From positions 1 to 46,776 of the forward strand of contig JBDKTK010000377.1 of the NCBI GenBank assembly GCA_039680225.1: DNA of 46,776 nt, given 5' to 3'. Below the pieces are notes generated by a model. The model did not search any database, was not told the DNA's origin, and saw nothing but the letters and a program-made list of their open reading frames with translations. Positions 9,719 to 19,452 of the stretch are shown piece by piece. Both the position numbers and the translations under genes were made by a program. Every line of letters begins with the position of its first letter. Positions within the stretch are counted from its first letter, which is position 1. The DNA comes from Syntrophaceae bacterium. GTDB lineage: Bacteria; Desulfobacterota; Syntrophia; Syntrophales; UBA4778.

Positions 9719-10279
9719 ATGTTGAATCAGCACGTAACAGGTTTTCCAAAATATTTAAAAATGACAGCCCTGGCGTTTGTTTTATTTACAGCCTCATCCG
9801 CCTACGCCGGTCTGAGTTTGATTCCCGTTGATGTCGCAATGGACGGAAACGATTTATATTTTGTCCTGGAAGAGCCCTGCCAGATAGAATTTCTGAGAGT
9901 AAGCGCCTTGGCAGACAGGGACAAGGCGAAGAGGACGGTCCCGATCAGGGCGAAAGCCCTCTGGCTGCTTGGCTATGATATGAGCACCCCGCCGGAAAAA
10001 CGGAGATACCTGAATCTGAAGCAGATAGAGTACGGCAGGAAACTCACGGAGTTTCCCCGGGTAGAGGGCCCGGCCGCCCTGCAGAAGAATGTTGAATATT
10101 TTATAGAGATCGACGCTCCGGGGAAAATCGCCCGGGATGTATTTATCATTACAGACGACAATAAGGCGCTGATGCCGCGGCCCGCATTTGAGCGCCAGAA
10201 GGAACGGACTTATTCAGTTTTGACAGACAAGGACGGCAACAAAATTTTCGTTCCGAAAAAAAAGGCTAAAAATAAGTGA
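9719..10279 (+). CDS. Hypothetical exported protein
   Basis: 186-aa ORF with signal-peptide-like ALAFVLFTASSAYA; start uncertain. Confidence 0.7.
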   Translation: MLNQHVTGFPKYLKMTALAFVLFTASSAYAGLSLIPVDVAMDGNDLYFVLEEPCQIEFLRVSALADRDKAKRTVPIRAKALWLLGYDMSTPPEKRRYLNLKQIEYGRKLTEFPRVEGPAALQKNVEYFIEIDAPGKIARDVFIITDDNKALMPRPAFERQKERTYSVLTDKDGNKIFVPKKKAKNK

Positions 10280-10420
10280 CTGCAAAAAGCCCCGGATGCA
10301 ATAAGGCGGCGCGCTGCCGGGTCCATATTACTTCAGCCGGTACAGCGGGCCGTCCTTCCCGAAGTTGATGATCAGGGTCGTCCGGGTATGACTGGGCATC
10401 TGCTGTATGCTAAAGCTGTA

Positions 10421-10450
10421 TTGACAGGGAACATACAAGGAGCTTATCAT
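10421..10450 (+). promoter_or_regulatory. Sigma70-type promoter of the caspase-family gene
   Basis: TTGACA (10421-26), 18 nt spacer, TATCAT (10445-50). Confidence 0.5.
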
Positions 10451-10479
10451 CCCGCATCAACGCGTTTAAAGGGTGTTTC

Positions 10480-12747
10480 ATGAAAAAGCTCCATCTCGTT
10501 ACGGTAATCGGCCTTCTGTCACTTGCCTGCGGTTGCGCGACACTGGAATCCAGGAAAATCGAATTATGTGAGAACAGGAAGTGCGCCGCCGTCCAATCGG
10601 ATGCCCAGAAACAGGAACTCCTGGGCAAGCTCTACGCGCTCCTCAAGAATAACCTGAACAGGGACATCATCTTCTATGAAACGGACCCGGGGAAAAGGGA
10701 ACAGGCCGACGTCGGCTTCGGTTACTTTCTCCAGGGCGGGCCGATGCCGGGCTGGGCCAAAATCCGTTCCGTCAAATTTACCGACATTCTTTATATCGAC
10801 CGCGAAAAGCTGGAAATAAAATTCAAGGTCGACCCGGACATGACCTGGAATATGACTCCGGTCTTCTCCATGGCCTCCGAAGGGACCTTGAGCGTCAAGG
10901 ACAACAACCAGATCAAGTACTCGACAACATATCTCGTAAGCTGGATGGTGGTCGGCACTTCCGCCTGGAAGCACGAAATGATGTTCGATTATATTGATTT
11001 GGATAAAAGCGTGATGGGCTCTTACTATTCTATCGGCGGCGGCGGGCCGCTGTGCGCGGGCGGCGGGACCGGGTATACTCTGGCCAGGTTCCCGGTGAGC
11101 GTCCATGAGCAGCAGGATACCGTTGTTATCGCGGTGAAGCCGAAAGACCCGGCGGTACAGGGCGCCGGCGGCAAGCCCCCGGTGCTCGAGTATAAACTTT
11201 CTCTTTCAGACCCGGCGGGCAGGCAGGCCCTGGAGGGCGGCAAAGAGGCGGTCCTTAATTTGGAAGTGTCGAATATCGGCGGGGACACGGCAAAAGACGT
11301 TCAGGTCATCCTGTCCGGCAACCAGGAGCTTGTGGGTTACCTGGGGGAAAAGCACGTCATCGGCGACGTGAAGGTCGGGGAAAAGAAAGCGGTCGCGATC
11401 AAGGCCGTCCTGCCGGCCAGAATTCAATCGGCAAAAGCGGGCATCAGTGTTGAAATCAGGGAGGGCCGGGGATTTTCGCCCGCGGAGAAGAAGTCCGTGG
11501 AAATAGCCGTACTGCCGGCGGGCGTGACGGAAACCGTGGAGGTCATTTCGCAGCTGCCGAAGCTGACATTCACCAGCCAACTCAAGGACCAGAACAATAA
11601 CCGCATTCTCGACGGCGGCGAAGAAATCACGCTCAGGGTCGAGGTAGGCAACTCGGGCCAGGGCACGGCGAAAGACGTGCAAGTGGTCCTGTCCGGGCAC
11701 AAGGAGCTGGTCAGCTGGCTCGGGGCAAAGAAATTCATCGGCGCTGTGAAGCCGGGGGAAAGTAAGATGGCGGAGTTCAAGACGGTGCTGCCGTCCCAGA
11801 TTCCCTCGGAAACGGCAAACCTCAGGATTGAGGTGGTTGAGGGCCGGGGGTTTGCGCCCGCGCAGAGGAAAACCCTGCAGATCGCCATGAGGACCGCCGA
11901 CGTGAAGGAAACAGTGGAAATCATTTCCGAGGTCAACGTGGACGACATCCCGCCCCGGATCAAGGGTTATGAGCGCAGGGATGCGGTCGCGCTCGTTATC
12001 GGGATCAGCAAATACCGCGAGGAAAAGATACCCGCAGTCAAGTACGCGGTGCGGGATGCCGAGGTCATGGCGAAATACCTCGAGAACCTGGGCGGCATCC
12101 CGAAGGCCAACATCCAGGTCCTGACCGACGACAAGGCTTCGAAGAGCGATATCCAGGGTTATATAGAGGACTGGCTCCCCCGGCGGGTCAACAAAAATTC
12201 GACCGTGTTCGTTTATTATTCCGGCCACGGCGCGCCGGACCCCCAGGGGAAGAATGCTTTTATCGTCCCCTACGAGGGCCAGCCCGATTTCCCGTCGAAG
12301 CTATATCCGCTGCAGGCCATGTATGATTCGTTGAGCAAACTGCCGGCCAGTGAAGTAGTGGTTATGCTAGACAGCTGCTTCTCCGGCGCGAAAGGGCGGA
12401 GCATTTCGCCGGAAGGCTCCAGGCCGCTCGTCATGACTCTCAATCCAATCGTGCCCGCCAATAACAAGGTGATCGTCATGGCCGGCGCGAGCGGCAGCCA
12501 GATCAGCTCGGATTTCGACCGGGCGCAGCACGGCCTGTTCACCTATTATATATTGAGGGGCATGAGGGGCGAGGCGGACAGGAAAAGGACGGGCTCGGTG
12601 GAACTCGGGGACCTTTTTCAGTACGTCAAATCAAACGTGGCGGAAAAGGCCTCGCTCGAACTGAACCGGGACCAGACACCGGTCATCCTGCCATCCGAGA
12701 ATATAGCGGCCGGCCAGCTCAAAGTGCCGGTAGTCAGGACAAGATAG
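10480..12747 (+). CDS. Caspase-family (peptidase C14) lipoprotein with two CARDB/Ig-like repeats
   Basis: Lipobox-like LACGC; two repeats with N.G..TAKDVQV.LSG and EGRGF.PA; ALVIGISKY, YYSGHG (catalytic His), LDSCFSG (catalytic Cys), HGLFTY, QTP. Confidence 0.9.
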   Translation: MKKLHLVTVIGLLSLACGCATLESRKIELCENRKCAAVQSDAQKQELLGKLYALLKNNLNRDIIFYETDPGKREQADVGFGYFLQGGPMPGWAKIRSVKFTDILYIDREKLEIKFKVDPDMTWNMTPVFSMASEGTLSVKDNNQIKYSTTYLVSWMVVGTSAWKHEMMFDYIDLDKSVMGSYYSIGGGGPLCAGGGTGYTLARFPVSVHEQQDTVVIAVKPKDPAVQGAGGKPPVLEYKLSLSDPAGRQALEGGKEAVLNLEVSNIGGDTAKDVQVILSGNQELVGYLGEKHVIGDVKVGEKKAVAIKAVLPARIQSAKAGISVEIREGRGFSPAEKKSVEIAVLPAGVTETVEVISQLPKLTFTSQLKDQNNNRILDGGEEITLRVEVGNSGQGTAKDVQVVLSGHKELVSWLGAKKFIGAVKPGESKMAEFKTVLPSQIPSETANLRIEVVEGRGFAPAQRKTLQIAMRTADVKETVEIISEVNVDDIPPRIKGYERRDAVALVIGISKYREEKIPAVKYAVRDAEVMAKYLENLGGIPKANIQVLTDDKASKSDIQGYIEDWLPRRVNKNSTVFVYYSGHGAPDPQGKNAFIVPYEGQPDFPSKLYPLQAMYDSLSKLPASEVVVMLDSCFSGAKGRSISPEGSRPLVMTLNPIVPANNKVIVMAGASGSQISSDFDRAQHGLFTYYILRGMRGEADRKRTGSVELGDLFQYVKSNVAEKASLELNRDQTPVILPSENIAAGQLKVPVVRTR

Positions 12748-12781
12748 CCGGGCTCCATTAAACATATGCCGGTAAACATAT

Positions 12782-12816
12782 GCCGGCGGGAGGCCCGATC
12801 GCCCGCCGGCTTTTTT
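12782..12816 (+). terminator. Intrinsic terminator after the caspase-family gene
   Basis: GCCGGCGGG / CCCGCCGGC stem followed by TTTTTT. Confidence 0.75.
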
Positions 12817-14998
12817 AAGAAACCTTGTTGAGCCTCGCCCTGAGTTCCCGGACTTTGGCTTTCCCGTTGCGCAGCTGCTCCACCTCGTTCTCCCCGGGGT
12901 TGCGCATTTTCCTGTCGAGCTTCTCCCATATCTTCACGTACGCTTCCCAGGCATTGAGCGCATCGAGCAGGCGGCCCGCCTCCTCGCAGGTTTCCGCCTT
13001 AAGGTAAAACCACTGATTGTCTTCGGGGTTCTTTCGGATCATCTCATCAATTTCGACCAATGCCTGATCATAGCGGTCCAACTGCCTCAGCAGGCCAACC
13101 CTTTGCTGGCGAGCGCCGTTGGCATCCGGATAAAATTCTATCAGCTTAGAGAAATCTTCCAGCGCTTTCTCTTTCTCGCCTGATTCGCTGTACACGTCCG
13201 CACGCGTCATCCTTGCTTCGAAAAGTTTCGGGTTATATCGCAGAGCTTCCGTACAGTCTGCAATCAGCTTTTCATTTCGCTCCTTCATCCCCCCGAAAAA
13301 GCGCAATTTGCAGCGGGCTTCGTATGCTTCTGCAAAGCGGGGATTAAGGATTATCGCTTTGCCGTATGCTTCCATCGCTTCGGTGAAAGTTTCGGGTTTA
13401 TCACGGCGGGCATCGGTCCCCGACTGCCATTCCTCGAATACTTTCTTGCCGATTCTCAGCCAGCGTCCCGCAGGCGAGAACTGGGTATCGAGGTCTTTTT
13501 CGAAATCAGCCGAATCGCAAAGGGCAATCCGGTCATTGGGATCAGGGCGGGTCTTTGCCCACTCACAAGCCTTCCGCATATCGGACTTGCCGCCCTTATA
13601 ATTTTTATATTCCAGGCGAACCCCTGCCCGGTTCTCGTATGCTGAAATGATAAATTCCAGTTTCATCATGCTCTTCTGGATCTTATCTATGGTCCGGGGC
13701 ATTTCCGAATCAATCTTGTTCGCAGGAATTCCGAATTTCTCGGCTATCAGTGTGCGCTCCCGATCGGGCGCCTTGCCGTCCAGCACATCCAACATTGCGC
13801 TTTTGTTCCTCTCCGCCTGTTCCTTGAAAATTGCCCTCAGGATTTCGAGAACACGCTTGTCTTCGGACGTGAGAAAATTTGGTGTCTCTGAAATTTTGAC
13901 CACTTTGTCAAGCTCTGTCAGGGAGCCTTTCAGGTCGCCTTTGTCCTTCATGATCCGCGCTTTCATCATGTAAGCTGCAAGCACGCCGATATCTGAGGCC
14001 AAATTGCCGTCCCCGATTTTCATGGCCTTGTCCATCTCCCGGATCGCGTCGTCGAACCGCTCAATTTCCGCGAGCAGGTCGCCTTTGGCCGCATGGTACC
14101 AGGCATTTTTCGGGTCCAGCGCAATTGCCTTGTCCATATCCGCAAGGACCCTGTCGCAGGTGGTGCGGTTCGTCCGGCTGCACGCATTCATTACCCAGCC
14201 CCGCCGCAGGATATCGGCCCTGGTCATGTAAAATTTTGCATTATTCGGCTCAAGGGCGAGGGCCTTGTCCATGTCGGCGAGCGCCGGTTCGATTTTCTCC
14301 ACCGCGCGGGCCGCCCGGGCAAACGCCCGCACAACGTAGGCCATGGCAAAATCAGGATTGAGGGCTATTGATTGAGTAAGCGCCTCGTCCGCCTCGTCGA
14401 ATTTCAGATCCTCGTTGAGTCTTGCCCCTTTTTCATACAGGACGTTTGCCCGGAAGCGCGTCTCCTCGGTGCCGAGCCGGGCCAGGACATCCTTGCGCTC
14501 CTCTCCCGCGGCTTGCGGCAGTTTCTTTTTCAGTTCTTCCGTTTCGCGCGCCAGCCGGGCGTAATCTTTCTGAAGTTTTTTATAGGATTCCACCAGGTTC
14601 AGATCGGACCGGGCCCTGCGGATGTTCGTCTCGACCTCTTCGGTCGTCAGGGCCGCCTTGATTTTCACCTTGAAGCGCACGGATTTCTTCCCGACAAGCT
14701 CCGTTTGCTCGTCGATTACGGAAACTTTCATCGCATGATTGGCGACGACCTCGATGACGTCCTCTTGAAGCGAAAGGTTCTGCACCTTGCTGTAGCTGCG
14801 GACAAAAGTCCCGGCCTGCTCGGCGGCGGAGCGGATCGCGTTGCGGCGCGCCTTCTCCCCGGCGATTTCCATCGTTTCGCCCTCGCCCATGATGTATTCT
14901 CCCTCGGCTGTGATCTCGAACTTCTCGGCGCGGGCTGCGGGGGCGATTACCAGAACAATGAACAAGACGATAAAGATTATTGAATTTCTTTTCATCAC
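12815..14998 (-). CDS. Exported TPR-repeat protein with an N-terminal LPP20/FlgT_N-like domain and a coiled coil
   Basis: Signal peptide ending ARA; repeated A..D..KA..L.P motifs; N-terminal domain shared with 15092-16888 (domain name is an inference). Confidence 0.85.
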   Translation of the reverse strand: MMKRNSIIFIVLFIVLVIAPAARAEKFEITAEGEYIMGEGETMEIAGEKARRNAIRSAAEQAGTFVRSYSKVQNLSLQEDVIEVVANHAMKVSVIDEQTELVGKKSVRFKVKIKAALTTEEVETNIRRARSDLNLVESYKKLQKDYARLARETEELKKKLPQAAGEERKDVLARLGTEETRFRANVLYEKGARLNEDLKFDEADEALTQSIALNPDFAMAYVVRAFARAARAVEKIEPALADMDKALALEPNNAKFYMTRADILRRGWVMNACSRTNRTTCDRVLADMDKAIALDPKNAWYHAAKGDLLAEIERFDDAIREMDKAMKIGDGNLASDIGVLAAYMMKARIMKDKGDLKGSLTELDKVVKISETPNFLTSEDKRVLEILRAIFKEQAERNKSAMLDVLDGKAPDRERTLIAEKFGIPANKIDSEMPRTIDKIQKSMMKLEFIISAYENRAGVRLEYKNYKGGKSDMRKACEWAKTRPDPNDRIALCDSADFEKDLDTQFSPAGRWLRIGKKVFEEWQSGTDARRDKPETFTEAMEAYGKAIILNPRFAEAYEARCKLRFFGGMKERNEKLIADCTEALRYNPKLFEARMTRADVYSESGEKEKALEDFSKLIEFYPDANGARQQRVGLLRQLDRYDQALVEIDEMIRKNPEDNQWFYLKAETCEEAGRLLDALNAWEAYVKIWEKLDRKMRNPGENEVEQLRNGKAKVRELRARLNKVS

Positions 14999-15015
14999 AA
15001 TGTTTCTCCAATATT

Positions 15016-15086
15016 TCGCCCCTTTTCTAAAGGCGGGGCAGGGGGGGATCTGAGGCCTGAAAAATCCCCCTTTAAAAAAGGGGGAC
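15016..15086. repeat. REP-like palindromic element
   Basis: TCCCCCTTT-AAA-AAAGGGGGA palindrome (15065-85) plus a degenerate copy CCCCTTTTCTAAAGGCGGGG upstream. Confidence 0.5.
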
Positions 15087-15091
15087 CTTCA

Positions 15092-16888
15092 TTATTTCAG
15101 TCTGTCCACGTCCTTGCATGCATTCGTGTCTTTATATTGAGAGCAAAGCAGGTTGTAATCAGCAAGGGCCTTTGCCGGTGAGCCGAGCTCCTCATAAACC
15201 GCCGCCCTGTCGCGGAGATTGCTCGACTTGAAATGTATCCACACCAAGGCCTCCGTTTCTGAGCGGCTCAATTTTGCAATCCTGGCATCATCAAATTTCA
15301 GAAGATCATCATATTTAAACATTGAAAGGGCATGGGGCAGTTGTTTCTCTATTATCCCCAGCGCCGCCGTCAGGTCCTTCAGGGCATCAGCGGGGTTTTT
15401 GCTCATTTTCAGCATCATTGCTCTTGTATAATACATATAGGTAAGCTTTATTGCGTCCCTGTCCCGGGGATTTTTTCTTTCCAGAAGCCTGATCGCATCC
15501 GAAATGTCCCTTATTCGGGAGGAGTCATCTCCGTCGCCGAGCATTGCTCTCGCCAAGAAGTCCTCCGCATCGGCCCGTCCTGAGGAAATCTTCCGCTTTG
15601 CATCCTCAAGGGCTTTATTTTTTTTGTCACCGTCATAGGCAAAATACAGCTCTTCCTGGAGCTTCATAAACTCTGAATTCCCCGGCTCGGGGTCGCGAAA
15701 CGCCGGATGGTCTTTAGATAATTTTCTGAACATAAGATCGTCTTCCCGGGCGAGCTCCTTATTGCCGGCAACCTCATAAAAACGGGACCTCTCGCCGTAA
15801 TACGAGAACAGGAGACCGCAACTGGTTTTCCGGCACAGTTCGATGGCGCGGGTCATGTCGGCAATCTGCCTGTCATTGTCATTGACAGGGTCGAGGTATG
15901 CGGTCCGCTGCGCGAAGTACTTGTGTGAATCCGGACTGAGGGCGATCGCCCGGTCAATGTCCCCGAGTATTGACGCCTGGTTTTTTTTATCGTCGGGAAG
16001 CTTGGGGGCGTTCGGGTCTTTCCTGTAAGCGACCGTCCATTCCAGAGACCTGATGTTATCATTTATTTCCGCCCTGAGGGCGTAGGCGTCGGCATAGTCA
16101 GGGTCCATGGAAACGGCCCGGTTCACGTCCGCAAGGGCCTGGTACAGATCCGCGATTTCCTTGCGGCAATCCGATTTCTCTTTTTCCAACCTCTCATAGC
16201 AGGCATTGACCGCATTTCTGTTCAGGCCTGCCTTCCCTGAATATGCCGTGGCCAGGTCAGGGTTCAGCTCGAGGGCCGTATTGAACGCCTTCATTGCCAG
16301 CTCGGGGCTCAGGGTATAATCGCTTCCCTTCTCAACCCAGAGGTTTGCCTTGAACTTTTTCTCTTCGTCCGAGATTTTTGCCAGGACCTGTTTCCTGTCG
16401 GCGCCCGCGGCGAGCTGATTTTTGAGCGTTTCGACCTCTTTCGCCTGGCGGTCATATTCCGCTTTGAGCTTCTTATACGATTCGACCGCCCCGGCATCCT
16501 CGCGGACCTTGCGGAGATTTGCCTCGACCTCCTCTGTTTTTACGACCGCCTTTATCCGGACGACAAACCTGATGGCGTCCAGATCGCCCACAACCGTTTT
16601 TTTCCGGTCGAGGACCGTCACTTTCATAGAGTGGTTTGCTATGACCTCGATGACATCTTCGGCCAGGGCCAGGTTTTTCACCTTGGAATAGCTTTTCACG
16701 AAGGCGCCCGCCTGCTCGGCGGCGCTCTGCCGGGCCTTCATCAGGGCACGCTCTTCGGCAACGGCCATGGTTTCGCCGGCGCCCATTACGTATACGCCCT
16801 CGGTTATTATCTCCCGTTGTCCGGCCTGAACGGCAGTGGCGAAAATGAGCAATACAAAGAACAAGCTTACGGCCAGGCACTTTTTCAT
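15092..16888 (-). CDS. Exported TPR-repeat protein, paralogue of 12815-14998
   Basis: AGGAG RBS before ATG 16888; signal peptide ending VQA; shared EG.Y.MG.GETM..A / SAAEQAG.FV.SYSKV.NL.L.EDVIEV. Confidence 0.85.
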   Translation of the reverse strand: MKKCLAVSLFFVLLIFATAVQAGQREIITEGVYVMGAGETMAVAEERALMKARQSAAEQAGAFVKSYSKVKNLALAEDVIEVIANHSMKVTVLDRKKTVVGDLDAIRFVVRIKAVVKTEEVEANLRKVREDAGAVESYKKLKAEYDRQAKEVETLKNQLAAGADRKQVLAKISDEEKKFKANLWVEKGSDYTLSPELAMKAFNTALELNPDLATAYSGKAGLNRNAVNACYERLEKEKSDCRKEIADLYQALADVNRAVSMDPDYADAYALRAEINDNIRSLEWTVAYRKDPNAPKLPDDKKNQASILGDIDRAIALSPDSHKYFAQRTAYLDPVNDNDRQIADMTRAIELCRKTSCGLLFSYYGERSRFYEVAGNKELAREDDLMFRKLSKDHPAFRDPEPGNSEFMKLQEELYFAYDGDKKNKALEDAKRKISSGRADAEDFLARAMLGDGDDSSRIRDISDAIRLLERKNPRDRDAIKLTYMYYTRAMMLKMSKNPADALKDLTAALGIIEKQLPHALSMFKYDDLLKFDDARIAKLSRSETEALVWIHFKSSNLRDRAAVYEELGSPAKALADYNLLCSQYKDTNACKDVDRLK

Positions 16889-17011
16889 AAAGACTCCTGA
16901 TTTGAATTGTTTGTTCTTGATACAGCATCTCAAGGGTGATTACAAGCCAAAGCCCGGTGGTATTGAACTTCCCGTCATGGTATGTACCATTGAACTTGAA
17001 AGGGGTAGCCG

Positions 17012-17623
17012 ATGTTTCGAAAAAGGGCCAATCCGATTCTGGCAGCCGCAACAGTCCTCATTTTTATTTCAGGATATGTCTTTGCCCAGGAATTCAAGCC
17101 GTACCAGTCGCCCGACAGGACATTCCGGTGCGCCCTGCCTTCGGGTTGGGGCATCGTGGAAAGCCCCGGTTACAGCCGGGAGGTTTCGGGAGTGGACGGG
17201 TTTGACGCATACAGCGGCGGTTTTGAGGACCGGGTCACCATTTCCATCAGGTATTACCCCCGGGGAAATAAGCTCCACAAAGATATGGACACCTACATCA
17301 GGACTTTTTCCCGGCCGGTCCTGGCAGTTATGGAGGGGCAGTCATACGGGCCGGTAAAGGACCTTGACTTCAAGGGAACAAAGGCCAAAACCTTCGAGCG
17401 GTCCGGGTACGACTACGAGAGCCATGTCTATAACCAGAAGCTTGACAGGTACGTGGAACCGCTGCACCCGAGAAAGATGGAGTATACGGAAAGGTTTATT
17501 GTCATGCCCGCGAAGAGCGGTTTCGTTGCTTTCCGCTATAAAGCGAGGCCGGACAAGGTAAAGCAGTATGAAAATGTTTTTGCACGGGTGACCGGGTCGT
17601 TTTCATTTCCGACAGACAAATGA
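17012..17623 (+). CDS. Exported hypothetical protein (PsbP/DcrB-like pattern)
   Basis: Signal peptide ending VFA; FKPYQSPDRTFRCALPSGW start and C-terminal F..V..SF pattern. Confidence 0.7.
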   Translation: MFRKRANPILAAATVLIFISGYVFAQEFKPYQSPDRTFRCALPSGWGIVESPGYSREVSGVDGFDAYSGGFEDRVTISIRYYPRGNKLHKDMDTYIRTFSRPVLAVMEGQSYGPVKDLDFKGTKAKTFERSGYDYESHVYNQKLDRYVEPLHPRKMEYTERFIVMPAKSGFVAFRYKARPDKVKQYENVFARVTGSFSFPTDK

Positions 17624-17673
17624 ATTGCGCTCCCCCGCCGGATCTTACACCTGTTTTGAATGGAAGGATGGAT

Positions 17674-18942
17674 ATGAAAAACGTTCTGAGAGTTGCGTCT
17701 GTTTTGGCCGGCATTTTCTTATTGGTTTTAATCGCCCCCCTGCGGCCTGCCGCTGCGTTAAACGTGACTGATCTTCCCCTCAATAAAACCGTGGAGGTGA
17801 GAACGTCGCCCCAACCCCTGTCCGAAGCGGTATGCCCCAAGAAGCTCTGGGACAGGTACGGGAAGAGCTACGGCAAAAAATTCTACACGGGCATTTACAG
17901 GCTTACGGTGAACCCCGGAGAGAAATATACTTTATACGGCTATTTTCCGCCCGACGGCAAATACCGCAATTTCTACATCTCGGGGGAGAACCCCTTGACC
18001 GATTACACATACTCGTATGGAAATCTCCAGGGCGTGACTGCCGGCTTTGTCTTCTGGTTCCAGCAGCCCTCAAAATGGTCCTGCCCCGCCGTGACCCGCA
18101 GGGTAAACATAAGGATCGCCCCGCAGAGCGAGCACAGGAGCATCTTCATCATAGCGGTGAGCGAGACGCCGCAGGAAGCATTCCGGATCATGCTGAAGAG
18201 CCCGGCGGACCCCGACCAGGACGTGGAGAAGTCCGCTATCGACCCCTCCTGCCCGCCAAGGACGGGACAGACCTGGGGCCAGAACTGGACAACTCCCATA
18301 ATCCTCAGGTACGACCCTTCGGAGAAAAAGGAGGAAAAAATAAAACCCGTCCAGCCCGCGAGCCCGGCGGGCGTAACCGAGTTGCCCATCAACAGGGTTG
18401 CTGAAGTGAAAACCCCGCCGCAGCCCCTTGCCCAGGCGGCCGCCCCCAAAAAGCTCTGGGATAAATACGGCAAGAGCTACGGAAAAAAATTTTACACCAG
18501 TATTTACCGGTTCGCGGTGGCCCCCGGAGAGAAATATACTTTATACGGGTATTTCCCGCCTGACGGCAAATACCGCAACTTCTACGTCTCGGGGGAGAAC
18601 CCCCTGACCGATTACACATACGCCTATGGAAATCTCCAGGGCGTGACCACCGGCTTTGCCTTCTGGTTCCAGCAGCCTTCGAAATGGTCCTGCGCCACGG
18701 TGGGCCGCAGAGTGAACATCAGGATAGCGCCCCGCAGCGAGCACAACAGCCTCTATATAATAGCGGTGAGCGAAACCCCGCAGGAAACCTTCGGGATCAT
18801 GCTGAAGGGCCCGGCGGATGAGGACCGGGACGTGGAAAAATCAACGCTGGACCCGTCCTGTCCCGCCAGGAAAGGCCAGACCTGGGGCCAGAACTGGACG
18901 ACCCCGCTCCTGCTCAGGTATGACCCGTCGGAGAAAAAGTGA
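17674..18942 (+). CDS. Exported protein made of two near-identical 189-aa domains
   Basis: Signal peptide; repeats at 17764-18330 and 18373-18939; start could be 17668. Confidence 0.85.
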   Translation: MKNVLRVASVLAGIFLLVLIAPLRPAAALNVTDLPLNKTVEVRTSPQPLSEAVCPKKLWDRYGKSYGKKFYTGIYRLTVNPGEKYTLYGYFPPDGKYRNFYISGENPLTDYTYSYGNLQGVTAGFVFWFQQPSKWSCPAVTRRVNIRIAPQSEHRSIFIIAVSETPQEAFRIMLKSPADPDQDVEKSAIDPSCPPRTGQTWGQNWTTPIILRYDPSEKKEEKIKPVQPASPAGVTELPINRVAEVKTPPQPLAQAAAPKKLWDKYGKSYGKKFYTSIYRFAVAPGEKYTLYGYFPPDGKYRNFYVSGENPLTDYTYAYGNLQGVTTGFAFWFQQPSKWSCATVGRRVNIRIAPRSEHNSLYIIAVSETPQETFGIMLKGPADEDRDVEKSTLDPSCPARKGQTWGQNWTTPLLLRYDPSEKK

Positions 18943-19021
18943 TTTTTTTATGTTGTAATTGCCCCGGAATATTTATAGAAGAATCTATTCTTCTTACAAC
19001 ATTTCTTTACGGGGGGGCTGA

Positions 19022-19426
19022 ATGGTAAATAAAGTAATCCTGATCGGAAGATTAGGGGCGAATCCGGAGATCAAGTACACTGCCGACGGGACAATGATCA
19101 CGAATTTCCGGATGGCGACGGACGAGGTCCGCAAAACGAAGGACGGGGAAAGGTCCCAGAAAACGGAATGGCACAGGATTGTCACTTTCGGCAAACTCGC
19201 CGAAATCTGCGGAAGCTACCTGACCAAGGGAAAGCTCATTTATATCGAGGGGAGGATCCAGACCAGTTCCTGGGATGACAAGGAAGGGGTCAACAGGTAC
19301 ACCACCGAAATAATCGCCCAGAATATGAAGATGCTGGACTCGAAGGGCCAGGTAAGAGAGAGCGAACCGCCATACGAGGGAGGTCCCGCTTTCTCCGAAA
19401 CGGAAGACGACGACGTACCGTTTTAA
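19022..19426 (+). CDS. ssb: Single-stranded DNA-binding protein
   Basis: VNKVILIGRLG, TEWHRIV, YIEGR, acidic tail DDVPF. Confidence 0.97.
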   Translation: MVNKVILIGRLGANPEIKYTADGTMITNFRMATDEVRKTKDGERSQKTEWHRIVTFGKLAEICGSYLTKGKLIYIEGRIQTSSWDDKEGVNRYTTEIIAQNMKMLDSKGQVRESEPPYEGGPAFSETEDDDVPF

Positions 19427-19452
19427 ATAACTGACTCCGCTAAAGGTGTCTT

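Noticed and set aside
17764-18939. CRISPR array or mobile-element repeat
   Set aside because: Two long in-frame coding repeats with no spacers and no cas genes.
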